Of a stretch of DNA of 47,610 bases, positions 1 through 7,782 are shown piece by piece. The notes beneath the pieces were generated by a model. That model was not told the origin of the DNA. It saw only the letters and a program-made list of their open reading frames with translations, and did not search any database. A program made the translations under genes and the position numbers. Numbering within the stretch: the first letter of the stretch is position 1; the number at the start of each line of letters is the position of its first letter. Source of the DNA: a virus (Duplodnaviria; Caudoviricetes); the IMG/VR virus record IMGVR_UViG_3300037756_000028, positions 1-47,610 of that record; one strand, written 5' to 3'.

Positions 1-127
1 ACAGATACCGGCTGATTACCTGTTCATGTTCATCGGGGCAGTGCCCAGAACGTTCTGGTTGAACAGCACTGTGCAGCTAGACAAGGGGTTTATCCCTACG
101 TGGACAGACTGCGGCGCTGAACTGCCC
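1..127. repeat. 127-bp terminal overlap, identical to 47484-47610 (circular assembly artefact)
   Basis: The first and last 127 bases are identical and one ORF reads in frame across the junction. Confidence 0.95.
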
Positions 128-262
128 TACGAGACCAGCGTGAAGGGCATCTTCGCGGCCGGTGACGTGCGTTTAAACAGCACTAAGCGGATAGCTGCGG
201 CGGTAGGCGAGGGGGCTGGCGCACTCCAGATGATCCACAAGAGGCTAGGAGAAGCAGGATGA
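1..262 (+). CDS. thioredoxin-reductase-like oxidoreductase, 3' part
   Basis: ETSVKGIFAAGDV...AVGEG is the C-terminal FAD motif of the TrxR family. Confidence 0.92.
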   Translation, partial: QIPADYLFMFIGAVPRTFWLNSTVQLDKGFIPTWTDCGAELPYETSVKGIFAAGDVRLNSTKRIAAAVGEGAGALQMIHKRLGEAG

Positions 263-426
263 GAGTGGAAGTAAGGGCGATCAAGCCAACCACGTTGATC
301 AGCATCAACGTATCCTTACCCAGCGGGATGTGCTGGACCATGGTGATGAGCCGCGCGCAGGCATCGGACTTGCCCGCCAAACTGAAGGAAGCACTCGATG
401 CGAGCATGGTACAAGCCGGGGCATGA
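259..426 (+). CDS. hypothetical protein, 55 aa (MRVEVRAIKP...)
   Basis: ATGA overlap with the oxidoreductase stop; purine-rich RBS. Below the ORF-track cut-off. Confidence 0.6.
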   Translation: MRVEVRAIKPTTLISINVSLPSGMCWTMVMSRAQASDLPAKLKEALDASMVQAGA

Positions 427-649
427 ACCGGGACCAGAAGTAGGACACCCAGCAACAGAGGCGGATTATGTGGCTGAGTTACGCAGGCTCGACCGGCATG
501 ATCTGAAAATCCTGCGGGAGTTCTGGCTCAAGGAAATTAAGCTGTTAGAGAATGGCGATCCTCTGGCAGACGACATGCACCTCGCCACAACCAAAGTCGC
601 GCGTTTAAACGCCGAAATAGCTAGAAGGAACGAAGCAGATGGATATTAA
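398..649 (+). CDS. hypothetical protein, 83 aa
   Basis: Tightly packed plus-strand ORF with AAGGA upstream. Confidence 0.7.
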   Translation: MRAWYKPGHEPGPEVGHPATEADYVAELRRLDRHDLKILREFWLKEIKLLENGDPLADDMHLATTKVARLNAEIARRNEADGY

Positions 650-842
650 CCTCGGCGACGAAGTGATGAAGATTGCCCAGCGGGCACTCAAGGACGACGA
701 CACCAATCGCATCAGCATGAAAGACGGGATGCTGCTTGCCATCGTGGCAGGACAGCTTGACCGGTTGGCTAGGTTCGATGCAGCCGACACCAAGCCAGCG
801 GCGGCAGGGCAGCCCGATCCGCTGACACTGGCTGACATGTAA
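639..842 (+). CDS. hypothetical protein, 67 aa
   Basis: AAGGA RBS; overlaps the previous stop. Confidence 0.7.
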   Translation: MDINLGDEVMKIAQRALKDDDTNRISMKDGMLLAIVAGQLDRLARFDAADTKPAAAGQPDPLTLADM

Positions 843-916
843 TGGACTGGGTGGAACTGGTGCTATTGGTGCTGGTGCTGCTCGCCTCTATCTGGTACTG
901 GAGTAAGCATCCGTAG
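842..916 (+). CDS. 24-aa membrane peptide MDWVELVLLVLVLLASIWYWSKHP
   Basis: TAATG coupling to the previous gene; one hydrophobic helix. Confidence 0.5.
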   Translation: MDWVELVLLVLVLLASIWYWSKHP

Positions 917-1006
917 GGTGCGACAATCTGTCAACTAGTAGCGCCGGGACAAAGGCGCTACATCAGCGCTAGGCAATGAAGCCCGTCAACAGAGGACTAA
1001 ACCGAA

Positions 1007-1231
1007 ATGGCTACCAAAACCGAAATGACTTTCTCCGCCTTTGGCGAGCACGGCATCGAAACTGCCGTGGATGACACGCATGTGTATTTCCGCGTCGTGC
1101 GGGACCGCAAGCAGGCCACGCCCAGCAAATCGGGCAAGATGGTGTTGGCGGGCAATTCCGGCAGCTTCCAGACCGTGCCCGGCACGGACGGACTGAAGGC
1201 CAATATCTCGGCGGGTTACAGCGCCAAATAA
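1007..1231 (+). CDS. small beta-rich hypothetical protein (PSKSGK motif), 74 aa
   Basis: GAGGA RBS and its own terminator. Confidence 0.8.
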   Translation: MATKTEMTFSAFGEHGIETAVDDTHVYFRVVRDRKQATPSKSGKMVLAGNSGSFQTVPGTDGLKANISAGYSAK

Positions 1232-1257
1232 AGGTGCACCTCCAAAGAGCAACACCT

Positions 1258-1285
1258 AGGAGCCTTCGGGCTCCTTTTTTTTTTT
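1258..1285 (+). terminator. intrinsic terminator
   Basis: AGGAGCC-TTCG-GGCTCCT stem with a UUCG loop, followed by a long T run. Confidence 0.92.
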
Positions 1286-1293
1286 GTCCCCCG

Positions 1294-1326
1294 TGGCACT
1301 CTGGCATTCTTGGTATTCTGGCATTC
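1294..1326. repeat. four tandem TGGCA(C/T)TC-type octamers (reverse complement of the GAGTGCCA box)
   Basis: tggcactc 1294, tggcattc 1302, tggtattc 1311, tggcattc 1319. Confidence 0.75.
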
Positions 1327-1423
1327 TCTTTAGCGCACTGCGCGAGGCTTGGGTGTTTAAACGCTTGATACTAAAGGGCTATTAGAGAGTGCTAATATAT
1401 GTCTTATGCGACTAAAAAGTTAA

Positions 1424-1462
1424 GTGTGCCACATTGCCAACTGGCTGGCACACTGGTACAGT
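1424..1462 (+). promoter_or_regulatory. sigma70-type promoter overlapped by an inverted GTGTGCCA/TGGCACAC pair
   Basis: TTGCCA 1434-1439, 17-nt spacer, TGnTACAGT 1454-1462; inverted 8-mers at 1424 and 1446. Confidence 0.65.
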
Positions 1463-1494
1463 GCGCGCGTTCACCAAGCAGAAAGGAGCGCGAA

Positions 1495-1752
1495 ATGGTT
1501 CTGAAAATCCACTGGCTTACTCTCATGTGCCACAATGGCTTGCCTCACTTGGCCCACGCAGCATGCACTGTGCGCGACAAGGCCAAGCACGAAGCGGTGG
1601 CCGCACGCGACACGATGAAAGACAGCTTGAGGCGGGATGCCCTCGCCGCGAAAGCGCTTGACCATAAACTCACAAGGCTCTATATCTTCCAAGAGCCTGA
1701 GACAGACAGTCTCGACTTGGTACTGCACCATCGCAGGTATATGAACGGCTAA
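1495..1752 (+). CDS. hypothetical protein, 85 aa
   Basis: AAGGAG before ATG 1495, preferred to the track start at 1399. Confidence 0.65.
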   Translation: MVLKIHWLTLMCHNGLPHLAHAACTVRDKAKHEAVAARDTMKDSLRRDALAAKALDHKLTRLYIFQEPETDSLDLVLHHRRYMNG

Positions 1753-1770
1753 AAAGGAAAGGATACGCAC

Positions 1771-2337
1771 TTGACCCTGCGTCAACACATTGAAAAGGCA
1801 TTCGCTGGCTTGCAGGCTGGATCTACTTCGCGTGATCTGGACGGGCTCGAAGCCATCCCCGAAGCGCACTTCAACCCCGATGTTTCGGGCGGTTGGGAGG
1901 GCAGGAGCAGCGACTTCCCCTATCAGCGCTTCGTCGTATTCGAGGTCGGTGACATCGTGCGCTCGCAGAGCTTCAACGCCTATGCGCTGGGCGATGGGAT
2001 GCGGTACAAGCAACTTAAGGGCTCATGGCGCGGCGTGTCCAATGCGTCTTTCATCGTTGAGGACACTAGCACAAACCGCGTCAAGCTGGCGTACTGGCTG
2101 CGCGGGCAGAAGAGTGTTCTGTGCCTCGGCCCAGCCTATCGCAAGGGCCCAGATGGCCAGTCGCGCTTGTACGGCAATCGTGAGGCCATTTTGGACTGGC
2201 TAGACAATGACGGTTACACGGTGAAGGAACGCACGCCACTGCCCGGTCTATTCCAGCCCGTTAGCCGCGCCAAGGCGCTGGCTCTTGAGGCGTGGACCTT
2301 TGACCCCAAGTTGAGGCAGTACTTCGCCGTTGTTTAA
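1771..2337 (+). CDS. hypothetical protein, 188 aa
   Basis: TTG start after AAGGA; the stop codon lies inside a GTTTAAAC box. Confidence 0.75.
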   Translation: MTLRQHIEKAFAGLQAGSTSRDLDGLEAIPEAHFNPDVSGGWEGRSSDFPYQRFVVFEVGDIVRSQSFNAYALGDGMRYKQLKGSWRGVSNASFIVEDTSTNRVKLAYWLRGQKSVLCLGPAYRKGPDGQSRLYGNREAILDWLDNDGYTVKERTPLPGLFQPVSRAKALALEAWTFDPKLRQYFAVV

Positions 2338-2377
2338 ACGCGGTTGGCTGGCCTATAGGCTAACCTTAGGCTATACG

Positions 2378-2404
2378 AAAAAGGGCCTTGTCGGGCCCTT
2401 TTTT
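2378..2404 (+). terminator. intrinsic terminator, possibly bidirectional
   Basis: AAAAAGGGCC...GGCCCTTTTT. Confidence 0.8.
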
Positions 2405-2456
2405 ATTTGCTATGGTTCCGCCACTAGCACTAACGCTAGGCACGGAGAGAACGACA

Positions 2457-2726
2457 ATGCGTAAACTCATATGGACGGAATCTGCGGAAGGTACCTTGCG
2501 CGACGTGGTGGAGGTGCTCAACGTCATCAATCCCAAGGGCCACACTGTGGAGTACATCAAGGCAAGCGTGCAACGTGCCTTCGATGATGGTCTGACAAGC
2601 TACGTTGGCATGGCAGGGTGGTATGTGTGCGTCTATCAGGCACCCGACAGTGACACGGATTGGCACGCTCTGCCGACCATAATGGCCTATTCCGTCAAGC
2701 ACTGGCTTGCCGCGCGGGAGGTATGA
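2457..2726 (+). CDS. hypothetical protein, 89 aa (MRKLIWTES...)
   Basis: GGAG RBS; TGnTATGGT extended -10 at about 2408. Confidence 0.7.
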   Translation: MRKLIWTESAEGTLRDVVEVLNVINPKGHTVEYIKASVQRAFDDGLTSYVGMAGWYVCVYQAPDSDTDWHALPTIMAYSVKHWLAAREV

Positions 2727-2815
2727 CCATGATCGAACAGCTAATTCCATGGGCGATATTCGCCATTACGGTTTGCCCGGTCTTTGTCTGGGCAGTCTGG
2801 CAGGCAACCAAATGA
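2723..2815 (+). CDS. 30-aa membrane peptide (MTMIEQLIPWAIFAITVCPVFVWAVWQATK)
   Basis: GGAGG RBS; ATGA overlaps at both ends. Confidence 0.6.
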   Translation: MTMIEQLIPWAIFAITVCPVFVWAVWQATK

Positions 2816-2967
2816 CCCCGCGCTATGATCCGCGCCTTTTCCCGCGCACGGGCGGGCATCGGCTTCCACGTCAACGGGCAGTGCGAGCCTATCGAGGTAC
2901 GTTGCAAGCGTATCTGGTTTTCTCGCTTGCGTATCTGTTCATCCTAACTCTAGTGGTGATGTCATGA
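2812..2967 (+). CDS. 51-aa protein with a C-terminal TM helix
   Basis: ATGA overlaps at both ends. Confidence 0.6.
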   Translation: MTPRYDPRLFPRTGGHRLPRQRAVRAYRGTLQAYLVFSLAYLFILTLVVMS

Positions 2968-3323
2968 AGGTATATCGTATCGAGACAGCGGACGGCAAAG
3001 GCGTCTGTCGGGTAATGGGGTCCAAGCTTTGCGCCCTGTACAATCTGCCCGCAGGGGATGAAAACGAGCATGACGGGTTTGAGGGATCGTTGGAGTGCCA
3101 TAACCACGCGGCACTGCTCTGCCAGCATCCATACAACGTCTTCGGCTTCCCGTCCTTAGACCGGCTGCATGAGTGGTTCCCTAACGCGCAAGGGCGGGCT
3201 CTCATGCACGCGGCTGGCGCAAAGTGCATGGCCTATGAAGTACCGACTGTTGAAGCCAGCAACGGCTACCAAGTCATCTTTGACAAGCGCACCTCTACGA
3301 GCGTGGAAGAGGTGGCGTTATGA
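2964..3323 (+). CDS. hypothetical protein, 119 aa (MKVYRIE...)
   Basis: ATGA-coupled ORF. Confidence 0.75.
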   Translation: MKVYRIETADGKGVCRVMGSKLCALYNLPAGDENEHDGFEGSLECHNHAALLCQHPYNVFGFPSLDRLHEWFPNAQGRALMHAAGAKCMAYEVPTVEASNGYQVIFDKRTSTSVEEVAL

Positions 3324-3427
3324 AAACACTCCTGATCCTGCTTTGGCTTGTGCTCTTGGTAATCTCACCACCGCTGGCTATCGCGCTCCTTATCGTCGGC
3401 TTAGTTGGCATTATGGTGCTATCATGA
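3320..3427 (+). CDS. 35-aa hydrophobic membrane peptide
   Basis: MKTLLILLWLVLLVISPPLAIALLIVGLVGIMVLS; GAGG RBS; ATGA overlaps at both ends. Confidence 0.6.
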   Translation: MKTLLILLWLVLLVISPPLAIALLIVGLVGIMVLS

Positions 3428-3672
3428 CCCCGCAAGCGGCTGTTAGGTTCCGTGGAAAGACCTTTGTCAGCGACTATCACGCGGACGCATTGGCTGATTG
3501 TATCGAGTGCCGGTCTTGGAAAGAGGATCACGCGACCATCGCGCGCATTATCGATGAAGAGCTAGAGCCCGTGGAATTTGGCTACTGGGTCAACAAGCGT
3601 TTCAGCGCTTTCACTGGGTCTGAAGCCCATGTGCGTTCCGAGTGGTATATAGGGCGGGTAAATCCCCTGTAA
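3424..3672 (+). CDS. hypothetical protein, 82 aa (MTPQAAVRF...)
   Basis: ATGA coupling; the track start at 3169 would overlap two other genes. Confidence 0.65.
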   Translation: MTPQAAVRFRGKTFVSDYHADALADCIECRSWKEDHATIARIIDEELEPVEFGYWVNKRFSAFTGSEAHVRSEWYIGRVNPL

Positions 3673-3769
3673 CAATTCGTTACTCGCTTTTGCGTTTAAA
3701 CGGGTCTATGTCACGCGCATGGGCCCGTTTCCTTTTGGGCCCTTGGCTAACCAGAAAGGACTTTCAGCC

Positions 3770-4417
3770 ATGTTCACCCACGAAGACTATGTGCGTTCTG
3801 TCGCGGCGATTGTAGCCGCGTCTGCCACTGCCGACGATATGGCGAAGATACACGCCATCAAGCTAGCGTTTGGCGCAGGTGCGCCCGGCTTGCGCGGCGT
3901 GACCTATTACAATAGGTGGGAAGGCGCGACGACTGGACCCGCGCCTTTCGTGGAAGTCTGCGCCTTTGGGAAGGAAAGCGATTTGCAGTTGGCTGGCACC
4001 ACTATTCATGAGCTTGGGCACGTCTGCGCGCCGATCGGTGCGGGACACGGGAAGGAATGGCACGCGGCATGCGCGCGTCTTGGCTTGCGTCACTGCCACG
4101 CGGCTGGACACGCTTACCGCTGGGCAGATTTCGAGCCCGGCTTACGCTTCAAGCTTGCCGCCCTGCCCAAACCGGACGATGGTTCTGTTATTGCCTCACT
4201 GCCCGGCTTCACAGGCACCGTAGCGAAGCTGCGGGCTTGCCCGGCAGGTATTGGCACGCGTGGCGGCAAATCGCGCGGTACGGGCTCTGGTAGCCGGTTG
4301 CGGCTGTTCGAGTGTGAGTGTATCCCGCCAGTGAAGGCGCGCGTGGCGCGGGAAGAATTCGCCGCGACGTGCAATTGCTGTTCGGGCCCGTTCCGGCTGA
4401 TCCAGAAAGGAGCCTGA
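3770..4417 (+). CDS. SprT-like zinc metalloprotease with a C-terminal Zn ribbon
   Basis: TIHELGH (HExxH) followed by GHGKEW; CEC...CNCC at the C-terminus; AAAGGA RBS. Confidence 0.75.
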   Translation: MFTHEDYVRSVAAIVAASATADDMAKIHAIKLAFGAGAPGLRGVTYYNRWEGATTGPAPFVEVCAFGKESDLQLAGTTIHELGHVCAPIGAGHGKEWHAACARLGLRHCHAAGHAYRWADFEPGLRFKLAALPKPDDGSVIASLPGFTGTVAKLRACPAGIGTRGGKSRGTGSGSRLRLFECECIPPVKARVAREEFAATCNCCSGPFRLIQKGA

Positions 4418-4420
4418 GCT

Positions 4421-4849
4421 ATGGATTTGTCTTTCATCCAATCCGATGGCGGGAGGGCCCTTGCGGGCTTTCCTGCTATGCTGACAGGCGATTGCGTTGC
4501 GCGTGCCATTGCGCACGCTACAGCGCAGCCCTACGGGCCCGTGTGGTATAAGCTGGCGTTCATGCCAGACCCGTTTGCAGCACAAGCCGCAAACCGCCTT
4601 TACCTGTCTGCCGACAATGGCATTAGCCCGGACGCGTGCGAGGGCTGGCTAAAAGAGCTTGGCTTTGTCCGCTTGACCCTATCGGGCTGCGCACATGACA
4701 GGTTCATGGCTAGCATGCCATTCCTAGCCAGCGGCGCTTACCTACTCAACACGCCGCGCCATATGACCGCGTGCATTAATGGTTGCGTCTGGGACACGTG
4801 GGACACCCGGGCGTGTTACGTCGAACGGGCTTGGGCTTTGACGCGCTAA
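4421..4849 (+). CDS. putative Cys-His-Asp (papain-like) protein
   Basis: GDCVARAIA, then HMTA, then NG..WDTWD, a recurrent phage pattern. The peptidase function is inferred. Confidence 0.55.
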   Translation: MDLSFIQSDGGRALAGFPAMLTGDCVARAIAHATAQPYGPVWYKLAFMPDPFAAQAANRLYLSADNGISPDACEGWLKELGFVRLTLSGCAHDRFMASMPFLASGAYLLNTPRHMTACINGCVWDTWDTRACYVERAWALTR

Positions 4850-4877
4850 AGGTACACGCTAGATCCAACGCACTATC

Positions 4878-4902
4878 AGCCCGCTTCGGCGGGCTTCTTT
4901 TT
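4878..4902 (+). terminator. intrinsic terminator
   Basis: AGCCCGC-TTCG-GCGGGCT followed by TCTTTTT. Confidence 0.9.
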
Positions 4903-5530
4903 GCCCTAGATGCCTGCCCGATCCTTCCTTTGTCTTACGTTGTACAGTTGGCCGTACACGTACACGTACACGTTTTGGGCTCTTTTTCATTATTCCGCAT
5001 ATTTTGGGGTAGTGAGTTGTACCCCTAACCCTGCCCGGGCAGCGCAGCGATCCACGCCAGCCATATACGAGCGTATATAAGCGGGCTCTATATACGTACC
5101 TATATCGGCGCACTGCCCGGCGGGATCTGTCACTGGTTAGCTTATTGAACTGGTTGCAAAGTGCAAGCAGTCTGCGCGTCTGCGTTTAAACGCTTGACTG
5201 GATCAATCACTCTCCGGTTATGGGTTCGGCCTGTCTGGCAGGGCAAATGGAGTGGGCATCGTTACGGAGGCGAAACGATTAGGCTTTACTATCTTGTATA
5301 GCCTTGGCTATACTTCTTGCCGTTTAGGCCCGCTGGCGTGTTCACGATTTGTTCCCTAGCGGCCACCGGGGCAGGTTCCCCCAAGCACCCCCGGCTGGGC
5401 CCCCGGGCTTTAGGGGCCCCATGGCGCGAGAAACGAACGAAAATTTCAAAATTGTGCTGGCCCAAAGGTGCAACCCTGGGTAGTCTAGCCAATCCCCGGA
5501 AGTCGGTCGCTGCGCTCCCTCACTACCAAA
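4903..5530. other. long non-coding region with short repeats and palindromes (candidate genome end or origin)
   Basis: No credible ORF; (GTACAC)x3 at about 4954, CTGCCCGGGCAG at 5031, ATATACG-AG-CGTATAT at 5063, GTATAGCC-TT-GGCTATAC at 5297. Confidence 0.55.
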
Positions 5531-5733
5531 GAGTGCCACAAAAGCGGCTGAGAGTGCCATTCCAAGAGTGCCAGTGCCGGGCGCGAAAACCCAGAGTGCC
5601 ACCCCCGTGTGCAGAATTCTGGCACTCTAGTGTTTCTTCTTTATCTTCCAGTGTTTAAACGAACACGCAGGGTTGACTTTGGCACAGTGTTTTGGTACAA
5701 GAGTGCCAGAGTGCCAAAAAGACAGGAGTGCCA
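5531..5733. repeat. GAGTGCCA iteron/operator-like array
   Basis: Exact copies at 5531, 5552, 5566, 5594, 5701, 5709, 5726; inverted copy at 5620; variants at 5572 and 5680. Confidence 0.9.
5673..5701 (+). promoter_or_regulatory. sigma70-type promoter for the helicase/terS block
   Basis: TTGACT, 17-nt spacer, TACAAG with an upstream TG. Confidence 0.55.
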
Positions 5734-5734
5734 G

Positions 5735-6934
5735 ATGCAACCAAAATCCCGAAAAATCGAAGAAGTTCAATGGCTTGACACGGTTGAGCCCCGCGAAATG
5801 ACCTTTCTGTGGAAGCCTTATATCCCAGCGGGGGTGGCTACCTTGATGTACGGACCCGGGGGAGTAGGCAAAAGCCATATCGCAATGGACATCGCGGCCA
5901 GAGTGAGCACCGGGAAGCCCTTTCCGGGCCAAGATAACCACCGGCCGCCCGAGAAAGTGCTCATTATGAGCGCAGAGGATGAGGCGGACAGCGTTTTGGT
6001 GCCCCGGTTGATGCAATCAGGGGCCGATCTGACTAAAATCGCCATCCCCAAGCGCATTTTTACGCTCGAAAAGTCCGGTTTGATCCTAGTGGACGAAATG
6101 ATCGAAGCTTATTCGGTCGGGATTGTGTTTATTGACCCAATTGTGTCCTATATTGGCGGAAAAGTGGACATAAATCGGGCCAATGAGACCCGGGAGTTCA
6201 CTGGGACCCTTCACACGATCGCCAAAGCTCACGGCGTGCCGATTATCATCATCGGCCACAGCCGGAAATCCTCGGACGGGTCCGATGCGGACAAGGCAAT
6301 GGGCAGCGTGGACTTCGTGAATGCTGTCCGCAGTGCGCTGTACGTGACGTACGCGCCCAACGGCGATCATATTATGAAGCACTCGAAGTCCAACTACGCG
6401 GCGAAGGGGGCTAGCTGGTCTTACAGCTTCGGGGACGAGGGGTTTGAGTGGACTGGCGTCTACCGGGACGATGGGGTGCGCGAGGATAGCGGCTCCAAAC
6501 GGCCGCGCAACGCGGTGCGGGCTTGGTTGCTGGAGAAACTGGCGGATGGGCCCAAGCGGGCCACGGACATGGAGCGCAGCGCTACCGAAAAGGGCTTCAG
6601 CAGACGCACAGTGATCCGGGGCAAGGATGGCGTGGCCGAGAGCTATTTGGTAAGCGAGAACGGAAAGATGAGTTGGTTTTGGCGCTTGATTGAAGGAGCA
6701 GAAGATGGCGAGCAAGCAGAAGTACCTGTTATGGGAAGTAAATGGGGTGGTGAAAAGCTCGACCGGGTTGAGCGCGAAATCCTCGCCCGAACTGAAGAGA
6801 GATCTAGAGGAACTAATGAACAAGTACGCGTGGAAGGAACTCGGGTGGAAGGACACGTGGGCGGACGTGAAGAAGCTGGGGTACTAGATATAGACGAAAT
6901 AGCTAATCGAGTACTGTACGGGAGTGCGAAATGA
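5735..6934 (+). CDS. RepA/AAA_25-type (RecA-fold) helicase with a probable C-terminal winged-helix domain
   Basis: FLWKPYIP..G, Walker A GPGGVGKS, SAED, Walker B VFIDP, IIGHSRK, KSNY. AGGAG RBS before ATG 5735. Confidence 0.85.
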   Translation: MQPKSRKIEEVQWLDTVEPREMTFLWKPYIPAGVATLMYGPGGVGKSHIAMDIAARVSTGKPFPGQDNHRPPEKVLIMSAEDEADSVLVPRLMQSGADLTKIAIPKRIFTLEKSGLILVDEMIEAYSVGIVFIDPIVSYIGGKVDINRANETREFTGTLHTIAKAHGVPIIIIGHSRKSSDGSDADKAMGSVDFVNAVRSALYVTYAPNGDHIMKHSKSNYAAKGASWSYSFGDEGFEWTGVYRDDGVREDSGSKRPRNAVRAWLLEKLADGPKRATDMERSATEKGFSRRTVIRGKDGVAESYLVSENGKMSWFWRLIEGAEDGEQAEVPVMGSKWGGEKLDRVEREILARTEERSRGTNEQVRVEGTRVEGHVGGREEAGVLDIDEIANRVLYGSAK

Positions 6935-7782
6935 GTTTCGATCTGGCGAATACACCAGTCAAGCACAACCTGATGACGCCGCACCAGATGGAGAAGTCCT
7001 TGCGGACCCTCGGGCTGATGATCGAGGGGTTCAAGTGGAAGGAGATTGAAGCCCGGGGTGGGTACGGGTGGTCCTCTTTCTCGGCACTGATGGGGCGATA
7101 CCCGGATCTGGCTAAAGCATGGGGTGAGGCTAGGAAAACGTCAGCCCAAGTGTTCGAGGACAAAGCCCTAGAGCTAGCGGAGGAACTGGTCCAAGCCAAC
7201 AACTTCACAGGCACGCAAGTCAGGGCGCACGAAGTCGCCATGAACCAGTACAGGTGGTCCGCCAGCCGCCGAGACCCGGGTGGGTTCGCGGAAGCAGGCG
7301 CGAAGAACATGAGCACCATGATCCCCGTGCAGATTATCACTTCTTTGAACCTCGGGCAGGCGGGAGGTGAGGGGCAAGCAGTGGCAAAGAGCGTATGGGA
7401 GGTGCATGCGGACTGGCAAGGGCCCAGCGCGCCACAGCCAGCTTCAACAGACGTTGAAAACACTATCGAGGGTGAAATCCTACCCGAAGAACCTCGTCGC
7501 ACCACAGACGGCCTCCCTGCCAACCTAGAGGCCCTTCGGCAAGAACTAGGAATGCCAGAGGAAGTCGAGAGCGCGGTGAAGCGCAGGACCAGCCCGGGAA
7601 GGCCCCGCAAAGGCCACAAGCCCGCTAATCAGACTGGCGCAACCGCAGCAAAGTATGATAAGATGAAGAAATCGCCCGCAGTCAGGCGGGCTCTAGGGAT
7701 TGCTGAAGGAGACACTACACATGGCCGGATTGCTGAGCCTACTCGGCGGACTAAACCTGCCGGGGCTAAACCCGCAGAGTAA
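6931..7782 (+). CDS. terS: terminase small subunit (Sf6/P22-like) with a long C-terminal extension
   Basis: Helical pattern EARK...DKALELAE...RWSASRRDP; position upstream of terL. Confidence 0.7.
   Translation: MSFDLANTPVKHNLMTPHQMEKSLRTLGLMIEGFKWKEIEARGGYGWSSFSALMGRYPDLAKAWGEARKTSAQVFEDKALELAEELVQANNFTGTQVRAHEVAMNQYRWSASRRDPGGFAEAGAKNMSTMIPVQIITSLNLGQAGGEGQAVAKSVWEVHADWQGPSAPQPASTDVENTIEGEILPEEPRRTTDGLPANLEALRQELGMPEEVESAVKRRTSPGRPRKGHKPANQTGATAAKYDKMKKSPAVRRALGIAEGDTTHGRIAEPTRRTKPAGAKPAE

Noticed and set aside
1-127. Terminal direct repeat as a biological DTR
   Set aside because: The length equals a common assembler k-mer (127) and the repeat falls inside a gene, so it indicates circular assembly rather than physical ends.
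5531-5733. CRISPR array or sigma54 promoters
   Set aside because: The repeats are 8 bp with irregular spacing, and TGGCAC is not followed by TTGC at the -12 position.
5609-5734. N-terminal extension of the helicase given by the ORF track
   Set aside because: It runs through the repeat array and promoter; the AGGAG RBS supports ATG 5735.
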